Positions 50,690 through 63,879 of a DNA stretch of 64,000 nucleotides are shown piece after piece. The notes below the pieces were generated by a model. That model saw nothing but the letters and a program-made list of their open reading frames with translations. It was not told the DNA's origin and searched no databases. Position 1 is the first letter of the stretch. The number at the start of each line of letters is the position of its first letter. The stretch covers positions 47,740,001 through 47,804,000 of the forward strand of contig JAGIQG010000011.1 of the NCBI GenBank assembly GCA_024679065.1, in the 5' to 3' direction. Source of the stretch: Sphyrna mokarran. Its lineage: Eukaryota. The position numbers and the translations under genes are program-made.

Positions 50690-51529
50690 CTAAGGAAAAG
50701 CACAGGGTGCCTCAAAAAATTTTATTACCATGGTTGCTATGTCCATGCTCCTGGAAGCTTATTGTGCATTTGCAAAGTTACAGCAGAGGAGCAGAAAAAG
50801 CATCTGGGAAATTCCTGGCCAATGCGTCAGAATTATTGGGTGCATTTACACGATACTAGTGAAAACAGAGTACATCATAGGAATCAATAGTTAAGCACAT
50901 CTGATTTATTGACAGTGTATTAAAGATTTCACATCTCCTTCTGGACATGATTTCAATTATTTTCCAATTGTGTCATGAACAAACCCTTCAACTTAGAATT
51001 AACAATTACCACCTTAATAGTACCGGGGTATAGTAGTAAAGTGGTTATGTTATGAGGCTGAGAATCAGACCAATGATTCAGAGAGAGGTCAAACTTCATT
51101 TATGGCAGCTGGAGAATTTAACTCAGGTTAAACAAATAAATAACCAAAAGCAGTGAAGCTACTGGATTGCTGTAAAAATATCTCAGATTCACTTACATTT
51201 GCCACCTTTATTTGCTCAGGTCTATACATGACTCGAGACCCATAGTAATGTTATTGATCCTTAACTACTCTCTGAAATGGCCTAGCATGTTAGCCAGACC
51301 ACAACTTGTTGTTAAGGACATTAGGACCAGCAATGGCTCTATCCCTTGAATGAATCAAAAAGCAAACACTTCACTGCCACTTTCATATAATTCTTGTACA
51401 GCTGGTGACAAACGAACCCAAATGTGCGAATTTTTAAGATTAGTGACCAGAAAGGCCATTTTTTTCTTTTTGTTGGATTTTCCTATCTGTTGCCGGATAT
51501 TTAGCCACCAATAGATGAATTTTATCTAA

Positions 51530-54500
51530 AACTAGCAAAAAACAAAGTTGGAGATAAATGGCTTATTTTCAAAGTGGCAAATTATAACTACAGGGGAGCC
51601 ACAGCTGTGGCGCATCAACTTTTTACAGTCTATATTAATAATGTGGATGAGGGGCTGAGTATACTGTAACCAAATTTGCCGATGTTACGAAGATAGGCAG
51701 GAAAGCAAGCTGAGAAGGGAACAAAAAATCTGCAAAGGAATATAAATAGGTGTAAAACTTAGCAGATGGATTATAATTTGGGAAAATATGAAGTTGCCCA
51801 CTTTGGTAGGAAGAGAAAGGCAGAATACCATTCAAATGGAGAGAAAGTGAAGACTGCTGTGGTATAGAGAGACCTGTATTTTGGATTGGGGAGAGCGGAT
51901 TTTAGTAAAATAAGACAGGTTCTGGCTGGGGTAGACTGGAAACAATTACTACTGGGAGAATCTACAGAAAAGCAGTGGAGGCGGGGGCAGGATTCAAAAA
52001 AGAAAATGGGGAAGGTGCAAGCCCAGATTGTTTCCTGTAGGGTGATGGGCAGAATAACAAGACCAGAGAACCATGGATGACTAGAGATATTCAGGATACA
52101 ATGAGAAGAAAAAGAAAAACTTTTAAAAAGTACAAGGGGAGAAGATCAGTGGAGGCATTAGTGAGGCATTGAAAGTGTAGGGTGGAGCTTAAGAAAGCAA
52201 TTAGGAAAGCAAAGAACGGATATGAGAAAGCTCTGGCTGGTAACAGTAGGGAAAATCCCAAGATATTCTGTAAGTAGATCAATGAGAAAAAAGATAACCA
52301 GAGAAAGAGTAGGGCCCATTAGGGACCAGGAGGCAATCTGTGGGTGAAGCCAGAGGACAGTGGTAGAATGGTGAATGAATACTTCACATCCGTCTTCACC
52401 CAAGAGAAGGAAGATGATGGTATGGAATTCAGGACAGAGACTGAAGTTCTTGAGCAAATTAACATATGGAAGGACAAAGAAAAGTGGACTTAAAAGTGGA
52501 TAAATCTCCAGGTCCAGATGAATTGTGCTCTAGGCTGCTGTGGGAGGCAAGGGAGGAGATTGCTGGGCTTTGACCCAAATTTTCAATTCCTCTCTGACCA
52601 TGGGGGAAGTGACAGATGACTGGAGAACAGCTAATGTGGTTCTGCTATTTAAAAAGGATTGTAGAGACAAATCAGGGAACTAAAGACCAGTGAGTCCCAT
52701 GTCAGCAGTACAGAAATTATTAGAGAAACTTCTGAAGGAGGAGATCTATCCTCTCTTGGAGAGGCAAAGCATGAACAGGGATAGTCAGCACGGCTTCATC
52801 AGAAAGAGGTATTGCCTAAAAATTTTGACTGAATTTTTTGAGGAGATGACCAGGTGTGTAGATGAGGGTAGTGCAGTCAATGTAGTTTATATAGATTTCA
52901 GCAAAGCCTTTGACAAGGTCCCACATGGGACACTTGTAAAGAAGATAAATTCATATGGGACGCAGGGTAATTTGATAAAGTGGATTCGAAATTGGCTCAG
53001 TTGTAGGACTTGGGCTGATGACAGAAGGCTGCTTTAGTGACTGACTGGAAGCCAGTGTCCAGTCACATACACAAGGATCTGTGCTGGACCCCCTATTATT
53101 CATCGTTTATATAAATGACATTGATGACTATGTGACAGGGGGAGATGGAGTCAATAAATGGTAGGACACTGTGGAACAAAGGGACCTTGGCACGTTTGTC
53201 CACTGATCTCTGAAAGCGGAAGTCATGTTAGTAGGGTGGTGAAAAAGGCATATGGGATACTCACCTTCACCAATTGAGGCATATGTTACAAAAACAGAGA
53301 GATCATGTCGGAGTTGTATAGCATTTTGGTGAGGCCGCAACTGGGGTACTGTGTGGAATTCTGGTTGCCATTTTATCAGAAGGATGTGATTGCACTGGAG
53401 AGGGTGCAGTCTGGCATAGAAAAGTTAAGCTATGAAAAGAAGCTACATAGGCTTGGGTTGTTTTCATTGGAGCAGAGAAGATTGAGGGGAAGGCCTGATC
53501 CATGTGTACAAGATAAGGAGAGACATGGACAGAGTGGATAAAGAGCAACTGTTCCCTTTAGTTGAGGGGTCAGTCACAACAGGACATAGATTCAAGATGA
53601 AGGGAAGGAGGTTTTGGGGAGATGTGAAGAAAAACATTATTACCCTCCCAGGCAGCATATACCAGACTACCACCACCCTCTGGGTAAAGAGGCGGTTGCC
53701 TCACATCCTTTAAGAAATATCTGGATGAACATTTAGCACATCATAACATTCATGGTTATGGGCCAAGTGATGGCAGATAGGATTAGGTAAGAGTTCAGGT
53801 GTTTCTAATGTGTTGGTGCAGACTCGATGGATGAAGGGCCTCTTTGGTGCTGTATGGTTCTATACGTGTCCTGGTACAAAGAGTTAGCATGCAGGTACAG
53901 CAAGTAATTAGGAAGATATAGTGAAGTTTTGCTATAACTGAATAGGGCAGTGATGGGTGACACATAGGAGTACTGTGTGTAATTTGGGTCTCCTTGTTGA
54001 GGAAGGAGTACACTTGCATTGGAGGCAATTCAGAGAAGGTTTATTATGTTGGTTCCTGGGATAAAGGAATCTCAGATTTCCAGGTTGTGATATGAAATAG
54101 TTGGACATATACCCATTGGTTTTGGAAGAATGAGAGGTGATCTTATTGAAAAATACAATGTTCAAAGGGCCCTGATAAGGTAGATACTGAGAGGATTTTC
54201 CTGTCTGGGAAAATCTGGAACCGGGGCACAGTTTAAAAATAAAGGGTCTCTCATTTAAGACAGAGAGGTGGGTTAATAAAAGATAATTAATTTAAGATAT
54301 TCTTTATCCCACAGAATATAGAACATAGAACATAGAACATTACAGCGCAGAACAGGCCCTTCGGCCTTCGATGTTGCGCCGACCATTATAAAAAAGCAAT
54401 GACCCTCCAAACTAAACCATTCCCTTCTCTTCCATAAACTTATCAACTAACCTCTTAAACGCCACCAAACTTGGCGCATCTACAACTGCCGCAGGCAGGG

Positions 54501-55820
54501 CATTCCACTCCCTAACCACCCTCTGGGTAAAGAACCTACCTCTGATATCCGTCCTATAACTATCACCCCTTAATTTAAAGCTGTGTCCCCTCGTGCTAGC
54601 TTTCTCCATCCTAGGAAAAAGGCTATCACTGTCCACCCTATCTAAACCTCTAATCATCTTATATGTTTCGATAAGGTCCCCTCTTAGCCGCCTCCTTTCT
54701 AACGAAAACAACCTCAAATCCCTCAGCCTCTCTTCATAAGACCTGCCCTCCATACCAGGCAACATCCTGGTAAACCTCCTCTGTACCCTCTCCAATGCCT
54801 CCACATCTTTCTTATAATGTGGGGACCAGAACTGCACACAATACTCCAAGTGCGGCCGCACTAGAGTTTTGTACAGTTGCAACATGACGTTGCGGCTCCG
54901 AAATTCAATCCCCCTACCAATAAAAGCTAAGACTCAGTATGCCTTCTTAACAACCTTATCGACTTGATTGCCAACTTTCAGGGATCTATGCACAAATACA
55001 CCAAGATCCCTCTGTTCATCAACACTATTAAGAATCCTACCATTAGCCCTATACTCTACACATTTATTATTCCTGCCAAAGTGCATTACCTCACACTTTT
55101 CCACATTAAACTCCATTTGCCACCTCTCGGCCCAGCTCTGCAACTTGTCCAAGTCTCTCTGCAAACTATAACACCCCTCTTCACTATCTACCACTCCACC
55201 GACTTTAGTGTCATCTGCAAATTTACTAATCCATCCTTCAATACCCTCATCCAGATCATTTATAAAAATTACAAACAGCAGGGGCCCCAAAACAGACCCC
55301 TGAGGTACACCACTTGTAACCGAACTCCACGATGAATATCTCCCATCAACCACCACCCTCTGTCTTCTATCTGCTAGCCAATTCCTAATCCAATTAGCTA
55401 AATCACCCTCTATCCCATACATCTGCATTTTCTGCAGAAGCCTTCCATGGGACACCTTATCGAACGCCTTACTAAAGTCCATATATACCACATCAACTGC
55501 CTTACCCCCATCCACCTCTTTGGTCACTTTTTCAAAAAACTCAATAAGGTTAGTAAGGCACGACCTACCCTTCACAAAACCATGCTGACTATCCCCAATC
55601 AATTCATTTCTCTCTAAAAAGAATAGTGGTGGCTGTTTCATTGAATATATGCAAGGCTGAAATAAATTTTTAATCTACATGCAAGACAAGGCTTATGGGG
55701 AGGCATGCAAGAAAATGGAGTTAAGGCCACAATCAGATCAGTCGTAATTTTTCTGAATGGTAGGGCAGGCTTGTGGGGCTAATTGACCTTCTACTTATTG
55801 CTCCCATTTCTTATGTTCTA
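51530..55820 (+). mobile_element. Nested CR1 cluster: old CR1 (51530-51880, 53870-54312, 55620-55820) interrupted by CR1 51880-53860 (+) and a young CR1 (-)
   Basis: RT motifs in ORFs 52690 and 53305; host sequence resumes after each insert. Confidence 0.8.
54319..55618 (-). mobile_element. Young 5'-truncated CR1/HER1-like LINE
   Basis: ORFs 54934 and 54412 are separated only by a point stop codon; (TTCTATG)n tail; possible 6-bp TSD agaata at 54313-54318 and 55620-55625. Confidence 0.95.
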
Positions 55821-56177
55821 AACAGCTGCACATGTGGCCTGATGATTCCTTATGAGGCATTGTGACATAATTTGTTGCTGGTGTTATGACAGCAGTGTTT
55901 AGTGCATGCACACTCCTCAAGCTGCTATAGTTTATCCGCACAAGATACCAAAAGCTACTTTGCAGTCAGTTTCCACAAAGACTCGCTACAGCACTGGGAC
56001 TTCAGCTGTGCCAAGATCCCACTCATGATACAAAACACCTTAGTGTTTTCACAAAATTCAACAGACAGATGAATCTTTAAAATGCTATTCATAAAGTTAT
56101 CTCTGTCTTCTGAATAATTGGAAAATCCTATTTATTTTCATTCAAAAAACAGGACTTCTAAAATTTAATAAGATTAC

Positions 56178-56279
56178 CTTCAGGACAGTCTTGTTGTCTG
56201 AAGAAGGTGTTCGGCCCACCCACAAGGCAAATTTGCAGGGATCACCTTCTACGTGCTCTGTTACCCCCAACTCCGATGT
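56178..56279 (-). CDS. KALRN: Kalirin exon, PH1 domain (TSELGVTEHVEGDPCKFALWVGRTPSSDNKTVLK)
   Basis: Acceptor ttaatttccag|ACA, donor AAG|gtaatc; 102 nt, phase 0 to 0; peptide continues the previous exon as in kalirin. Confidence 0.96.
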
Positions 56280-56689
56280 CTGGAAATTAAAGTAGATATG
56301 GGGAAGTATCTGATAAGTAAAAATAAACCTCACAAATATTTATTTTTCTTTGATAACATTGTGACAAAAAGAAATTAATCTTCAGTATCATTAATTGGAT
56401 CTATATAAATATACACTGATCTCTCTATGTGCTCTGCTCCTACCCCATATATAAACCTACTGGAGGCCTGTTCTATTAAAACCTACACCTACAATCAGGA
56501 CATGTCCTTGATTTCTGTGGCTGCACATGCTACTTTCTAGGGAATTCAAGCAGAGATACTTGTGATGCAGGTACACTGATGTATCAAATCAGTTTGACTC
56601 ATCTAGCAGACCAGCATAGGACATGCATCTCTAATGGTATCCTGCAAGTTCCACAACTGTCTGGATCTGCAAATTTGCGTCCTGAGAGT

Positions 56690-56936
56690 AAAGGGTACTT
56701 GGTTTATATAGCGTACCATGATTGACAAAGAACCGTACACATGATGTTTATTGTAGGCTGAATGGTCATGTGATGAAGTGAAAATGCAGTTACTTAAAGG
56801 TCATGTTTTGGAAGTGTGGGCATTCTCCCTGGAAAGCGGGCAGAGTGGAAGCATGCAAGCGTTGCTCAGAGTACTTCATAAACTATGGTTCGTATAAATC
56901 CTTGGTCACCAGTCATTAAAACCCAGTACTTCTACA
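56690..56936 (+). mobile_element. Possible solo LTR
   Basis: ggtcatgtga motifs like those in the 42763 LTR; attaaa followed by ...ctaca terminus; 5' boundary unclear. Confidence 0.3.
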
Positions 56937-57794
56937 TTATGACACTCTTTCAAGGTAAACAAGCCTGTTATCAATCATGATAAACCTTGGTTATTGATAT
57001 GCTATTCAACCTTTTGTTGCTAGGCTTGGTGCACATTAAGACATTTTTTCAAATGTATGTCCTTTGTCTTTGATAAAGATTCACCAACTATCAGGATACC
57101 TCATGTTACAGAAGAGAAAGCTATAGCAAAGATGTTTCTCCTGCCTGTTCAGTCCACTCATTAGAAGCTGTTATAGAAATATGTTTACACTGAAATGGAG
57201 ACTTGGAATGTGCACAGAAGGATACATCCGTGCGAGGTTACAACTGCTGCCCTTTGCACCTGGAATAGTAGCACTAGGTGAAACAAATTAGACAGGGAGT
57301 GCAGCACAAAAAGGTTGTTTTGGCTATAGGAAGGTAAAAAAGGCTTTATCCCAGGACATATAAAATGAGACAGAGAATGTTCAAAACAAACAGTAAGGCA
57401 GATAAAGGCAAAATACTGTGGATGCTGGAATCTGAAACAAAAACAAAAAATACTGGAAAATCTCAGCAGATCTGACAGCATCTGTGAGATTAGTTAACAT
57501 CTCAGGTAGTAATCCATTATCAAAACTAAAGGATATTATTGATCAACAAAAAAGACCCAGAAGAAAAGGGAAGGCAATGGAATAACATACAGACACACTC
57601 AAAAAGAAATAGAAACAAAAATCCTCTCTAAAATGCTGACACTCATAGATGTGTTGTGCATTGCTTATATTTTCTGTCTTTTGCCCAATTCCAGCATCTG
57701 CAGTCTTTTTTATTAATATCTGTTGAGACTGGATTGTCTAAAACATGCAAATGAAAAACTGAAGATGTTGAATTTCAAATGATACTCCTTGAAA

Positions 57795-58575
57795 TTGGAG
57801 TCACAGGTGGACAGGGTGACGAAGAAGGCATTCGGCATGCTTGGTTTCATCGATCAGAACATTGAATACAGGAATTGAGACGTCTTGTTGAAGTTGTACA
57901 AGACATTGGTAAGGCCACACTTGGAATACTGTAAGCAATTCTGGTCACCCTATTATAGAAAGGATATTATTAAAGTAAAAAGGGTGCAGAAAAGACACTA
58001 GGATGCTACCGGGACTTGATGGATTGAGTTATCAGGAAAGGAAATTGGGATTTTTTTCTCTGGAGCATAGGAGGCTGAGGAGTGATCTTACAGAGGTTTA
58101 TAAAATAATGAGGGGCATAAATTGGCTAAATAGTCAATATCTTTTCCCAAAGGTAGGGGAGTCGAAAACTAGAGGGCATAGGTTTAAGGTGAGAGGAGAG
58201 AGATACAAAAGTCACATGAACAGAGGGATACAAATGAATGGTCTATTTGGACCAATGAGCAGCGCAGGCTTGGAGGGCCAAAGGGCCTGTTTCCTTCGCT
58301 GTATTGTTCTTTGTTCTTTGTGTGCAGAGGGGCAATTTTTTCACACAGAAATGGTGAGTGTCTGGTACAAACTGCCAGAGATAGTGGCAGAGGTGAGTAC
58401 AATTCCATTTTTAAAAAGCATTTAGATAGTTACATGGGTAAATGGGCATAGGGGGATATGAGCCAAATGTGGGCAATTGGGATTAGTTTAGGGGGTTTTA
58501 AAAAAAAGGGGCAGCATGGACAAGTTGGGTCAAAGGGCCTCTTTCCATGCTCTAAACTTCTATGACTCTATGATA
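57795..58575 (+). mobile_element. CR1 3' portion with a nested short CR1 tail (58211-58322)
   Basis: MLPGLDGLSYQE..LGFFSLEHRRLRSDL motif; insert ends in gggcctgtttcc...ttgttctttgttctttgt. Confidence 0.85.
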
Positions 58576-58599
58576 TTGAAAGACAATAGGAGCATAAAG

Positions 58600-58900
58600 G
58601 GATGGCACGTGGCACTGGTAGCAGTGCTACCTTGGAACGACAGGGATCCAGGTTCAATTTCCAGCTTGGATCACTGTCTGTGCGGAGTCTGCACATTCTC
58701 CCTGTATCTGCACAGGTTTCCTCCGGGTGCTCCGGTTTCTTCCCACAGTCTGAAAGATGTGCTGGTTAGGTACATTGGCCATGCTAAATTCTCCCTCAGT
58801 GTACCCGAACAGGCAGAGTGTGGCGACTAGGGGATTTTCACAGTAACTTCACTGCAGTGTTAATGCAAGCCTACTTGTGATACTAATAAGTAAACTTAAA
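58600..58900 (+). mobile_element. HE1-related SINE, variant tail
   Basis: V-domain plus gactaggggattttcacagtaacttc tail. Confidence 0.82.
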
Positions 58901-59294
58901 CTCAAATTAAAGACATTTACGAGATACAGAGACTATGTGGATAGCTGATGGGCTGGGAGGATGAGGCAGTTAGAAGTAGATGCATAAAAACCTGCAAAAT
59001 TCGTGCAGTTTCTAGCAACCAATAACAAACATAGGAGAATAACAAAGTACACAGAACATGATGCTTTCTCAACAGTGTTCCTTCCAACTTTTGTACTGTC
59101 CCTTTATGATGGAACTGCAGCTGCACATGCGCACATTAAACATACTATCACTTGTCTGCAGCAACCTGCGCAACCATATTTAGAAGGAATGTGTTGAGTG
59201 TGATGTGGAACCTAAAGAATTCTGAAACTACTGCAAATAAGTTCAATCCAAATAGTTATAAAATAAATTGCAGTCATGTAAGAACTGCACTCAC

Positions 59295-59485
59295 GAGTAA
59301 TTTGTGCTTGTAAACATATTTGCTGTGTCCTGAGGAATCCTTAATTTCTTTGCTAAAAACCAAGGATAATTCAAAGAGAAACAAATGCCGCTCCCGTCCT
59401 TTTCGAATGAGAGATTTGGGGTCCCAAACTTGGAAGGTGTCCTGAAGGATGAGTTCACCCTGAACGTCAAAATTTTCATCAAACC
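59295..59485 (-). CDS. KALRN: Kalirin exon, N-terminal part of PH1 domain (GFDENFDVQGELILQDTFQVWDPKSLIRKGRERHLFLFELSLVFSKEIKDSSGHSKYVYKHKLL)
   Basis: Peptide matches vertebrate kalirin PH1 as recalled (DVQGELILQD, KSLIRK, EIKDSSGH favour KALRN over TRIO). Acceptor ctatcctcag|GG, donor CTC|gtgagt; 191 nt, phase 1 to 0. Confidence 0.96.
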
Positions 59486-59741
59486 CTGAGGATAGAAGAT
59501 GAGAAAAATAAAGTAGTTTTAGAATGGCAAATTTTGCAAAGTAATTTCTGTGAACTTTTAGCAATAACACTCTATTATTATTTAATATGCATGTGAATGC
59601 GATCTTATTTAAATATTTATGCATGTATTTAAACATGTGAGTGTGTGTGTCCAATTGTGGTTAACAAAGCATTTAAGCAGGCTAGTTTCTGAGGTCTGTA
59701 TCACGATAATCTGATTAGATTTTGGTGGAGTCATGTCATAA

Positions 59742-61186
59742 ATACTTCATGCGCAGGCTCGAACAAGACCTTTTTACCACACAGGATCTTCTGATGCTGT
59801 ACACTGAGTATATCAAAGACATTTTCTTCCTTTGGACTCATGGTGAACAATCAGTGAAACAACTACATGATGGCATCAATAAGTTCCATCCCACCATCAA
59901 ACTCACCATGGACTACTCTCTGGAATCGACTGCATTCTTGGATACACGCATCTCCATTAAGAACGGTCACCTTAGCACTTCATGGTACTGCAAGCCCACG
60001 GATAGCCTCACGATGCTCCACTTCTCCAGCTTTCACCCTAAACATGTTAAAGACGCCATCCCTATGGATAAGCCTTCTGTATACACAGGATCCGTTCAGC
60101 TGAGGAGGATCACAACAGACACCTCCAGATGCTTAAGGATGCCCTCATAAAAACAGGATATGGCGCTCAATTTATTGATCGACAGTTCCAATGCGCCACA
60201 GCCAAAAACCACACTGACCTCCTCAGAAGTCAAACATGGGACATGGCAGACAGAGTACCCTTTGTTGACCGGTAGTTCCCCGAGCGGAGAAGCTATGACA
60301 TCTTCTCTGAAGCCTTCAACATGTCATTGATGAAGAAGGACATCTTGCCAAGGTCATCCCTACACCTCCACTTCTTGCCTTCAAACAACCGCACAACCTC
60401 AAACAGACCATTGTCCACAGCAAACTACCCAGCTTCAGAACAACAGTGACCATGACACCACACAACCCTACCACAGCAACCTCTGCTAGACATACTGGAT
60501 TATCAACACAGATGACATCATCTCATATGATCGCACATCCACCAGGTATACAGTACATACACTTGCAACTTGGCCAACATTGTCTACCTGACACGCTGCA
60601 GGAAAGGATGTCTCAAGGCATGGTACATTGGGAAGACCATGCAGATGCTACGACAATGGATGAATGAACATCGCTTGACAATCATCAAGCAAGTGTTCTC
60701 TTCCTGTGGGGGAACACTTCACAGTCATGGGCATTCGGCCTCTGATCTTTGGGTAAGTGTTTGCCAAGGCGGCCTTCACAATACACGTCACAGAGTCGCT
60801 GAGCAGAGACTGATAGCCACGTTCCGCACACATGAGGATGGCCACAACCAGGATTTTGGGTTCGTGTCATATTATCTGTAACCCCACGACTTGCCTGAGC
60901 TTGCAAAATCTCACTAACCATCCTGGCTGGAGACAGTATACACCTGTTTAACTTGTGCTTAACCCTCTTTCTATTCACATTGTCTGTACCTTTAAGACTT
61001 GATTACCTGTAAAGATTTGCATTCCAACCATTATTTTGTAAATTGAGTTTGCATCTTTATATGCAGTGTTTTGTGAACTGAAATCCCACTCACCTGATGA
61101 AGGAGCAACATTCCAAAAGCTAGTGGCTTTTGCTACCAAATAAACCTGTTGGACGTTAACCTGGTGTTGTGAGATTTCTTACTATG
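59742..61186 (+). mobile_element. 5'-truncated Penelope-like retroelement: RT C-terminus, GIY-YIG endonuclease and pLTR with hammerhead motif (61091-61125)
   Basis: YIKDIFFLW...INKFHPTIKLT...FLD.....WYCKPTD (PLE RT and thumb); NIVYLTRC..GC..AWYIGKT...LRQ..NEH (GIY-YIG); pLTR cacCTGATGAaggagcaacattccAAAAgctagtg with the G of GAAA mutated. Confidence 0.92.
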
Positions 61187-62299
61187 CATTCATAGATTTT
61201 TGGAGCAGAATAGGGATGGTCTTTCCACTTTTGTTGAGTTAGATGTCTCAATCAGGATAGTGGCCTTATTAACCCGAGCTAAGAGGACTACAATTTGGTG
61301 AAGGTTCCCAATGCTAATTGTTATCCAGTGTTTCTTTTTTAATGCAGATGCATGTGGACATTTGGCTAGGCCTGGATTCAGCTTGGCTATGATATTGCAG
61401 ACCCCAATCACCAACCCCACCACCAAACCGCACCGCCCTCCCCCCCCACCCACCAGCACCACCACCTCACTAACCCTCAGAACTTTAAGAGCCTGCCAGA
61501 ACTCATCATTTATAGGCTCGCTTCTGAAAAAATTGTTACTTAGGTGAGAACTAAACAGTTTTTGGAATAATTCCCTAGTCTTCAGGAAATGGGAAGGGTG
61601 GAGAGAAAGCTGGCAGCAATTGGAAGGAATCGGGTAGCTGGGAATGAGTCAAAAATGCAGAAAATATTATAAAACAGTAGGTTTATGAGCTACAGAAAGG
61701 GAAAGGAGTGGTTCACACTTAAAGTACAGACATTCAAAAATCCTCTCCAAAATTCTCACATTCATGGTTCTGCTGTGCATTTCTAGCATTTTCTGTTTTT
61801 ATGCCCAGTTCCAACATTTGCAGTAATTCCTATTAATGATTGTTGAGACTGAGTTTTTTTTATTCATTCGAGGATTATGGGCTTCGTTGGCTAGTCTATC
61901 ATTCATTGCAAATTTCTAATTGCCCTTGAAAAAGAGTTGTCTAAAGTCGAGTTGTCTAAAGATGAAGGTATCTTTGGTGAAAGTCTGCAAATCAGCAAGT
62001 TTGAGTGTTGTATCATCTAGACAGGGAAAATTCAGGATTTTCATTTTTTTTGGCTCTATCTAGCTCTGTAATGGTCCAAATCTTCCAAGGAGTGGTAAGC
62101 AGATTACCACTCTGCTCTTATTTTTGTCAGCCTTGCTGGAGCGCTGTATTTCTGGCCGGAGCATCTGCAGAAATGCAGAGTTTATAGTCCCTCAAAGACT
62201 TTTTTTGTAGCTTTGAAGTGTTAGGGGAAGACAAGGCACTTTTTAGGGCACTAACTGTCTTATTCTGTAAGAGTTTAAATGGTCTAAAGCTTCTTTGAA

Positions 62300-62720
62300 A
62301 AGCTGTGAGGAGCAGGTAAATGGTTAAGGGGTTGGGGTGAGTAAGGTAAGTGGGTAAAAGAGTAGGATGGCAGGTGGGTGAAGTGGTCAAGTGCTAGTTG
62401 GGTGTTGGCAGATGGATAGGGCATCTGGTGGTTAGGATGACAAGTGGGTGAGTGGGTAGGCAGGTTGGGAGATACATTGAGGGATAGTCATATAGAGAGT
62501 GGGTACAAGTTGGATTGCTGGATGGAGTTGGGTGGTGGAAGCCAGTCAGGTTAGATAGGTGTGTGGGTGTTGAGTTGGGCCAGGGGCTAATCAGGTTGTA
62601 TTGGAGGTGGAAGTTAGACTGTGGGGGCTAATCAGGTCAGGGCTGTGAGTGGCTGGTAGGGTGTAGTCAGGAGCTCAGGGGATCAAGGGGCAATCGGTCT
62701 GAGGGTTGGTGAAGTTCAAT
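62300..62720 (+). repeat. G/T-rich low-complexity tract, probably the interior of a non-autonomous DNA transposon
   Basis: Many ggg/gggt/gtgggt runs with very few C. Confidence 0.5.
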
Positions 62721-63149
62721 TTATAGGTCTAGGAGATAGACTTTTTTTTAATCTAACATTTCCTGGGTAATGATTCAGGTAAATAAGTCAGAAGTGTCCA
62801 AAATCTCTGATTCTAATTCAGAGTTGGAGGCATTTTTAGAGCATCGTGGGGAACAAGGGAATGTTTGTGGGGAAGCCCATTACTTTGGAAGTTCAAACTT
62901 CCCAGCAATTCCCAGGGAGAGCTTGCTGAGGCCTTTTAAGTTGGCCGTAACACATCTTCTGGGGTATGTCTGGTTTTCAACCATTAGAGATCAGAAGATC
63001 TGGACTATTGCATGCTAAAAAATACACTACCTAGAAATAGTCCTGTGAACATTACAGGAGAAATTTATTTGTGTGGGACTTCAATTTAACAAGTGTTGCT
63101 TTGTGGCTCATGTGACATTCATCATTGATCATCATGTTGATCATCACCA

Positions 63150-63507
63150 GGCAGAATGGTAGCACAATGGTTAGCACTGCCGCTTCATAGCTCCAGGGAT
63201 CTGGGTTCAATTCCCGGCTTGGGTCACTATCTGTGTGGAGTTTGCACATTCTCCTCGTGTCTGCGTGGGTTTCCTCTGGGTGCTCTAATTTCCTCCCACA
63301 GTCCAAAGATGTGTGGGTTAGGTTGATTGGCCATGCTAAAATTGCACCTTAGTGTCCTGAGATGTGTAGGTTAGAGGGATATGAAAGTAAGGCCTGGGTG
63401 GGATTGTGGTTAGCGCAGACTTGATGGGCCCAATGGCCTCTTTCTGCAATGTAGGGTTTCTAATCAATCCTAGGGTTTCTAATCAATAGAGTTTCTAATC
63501 AATCCTA
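63150..63507 (+). mobile_element. HE1-type V-SINE ending in three ~19-bp tandem repeats
   Basis: Full HE1 body; (tagggtttctaatcaatcc)x3 at 63452-63507. Confidence 0.88.
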
Positions 63508-63879
63508 TGTTCAGCTACTTTTAAATAACTTTAATTGTTCTTGCTTTGAAGAAGATTTGTCTATTGGAGAAAAAATGTTAACTCTGTTTCTCCCTCTACA
63601 GACACTACCAGACCTGCTGCGTTTTCCCAGGATTTTTTATTTCAGATCTCCTGGATTTGTTTTGATTTGACTTTTCACAACTCAATATGCAGTTTTATTG
63701 TGCAGACTGCAGTGCACACATTTTAAATTCAGATCAACACTCCAGAAAGCTGAGTGCTATTACAAACACCAAAACAATTGTTACATGCCACCAAAGACAT
63801 TTAGGCCATCAGAAATGGTTTGCAATGTTATTGATCAGATCAGAAACCATTTGATAACAAAATGATTCTGGTACTAATG

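Noticed and set aside
17742-59485. TRIO as the gene identity
   Set aside because: Diagnostic residues (DVQGELILQD, KSLIRK, ASNIETKQ, QRNNSKR, ERPSERPGWCLV) fit kalirin better as I recall the sequences; a BLASTP or gene tree would confirm.
362-63306. Remaining short ORFs in the track
   Set aside because: They are translations of SINE/LINE fragments or chance ORFs with no recognisable domain or splice context.
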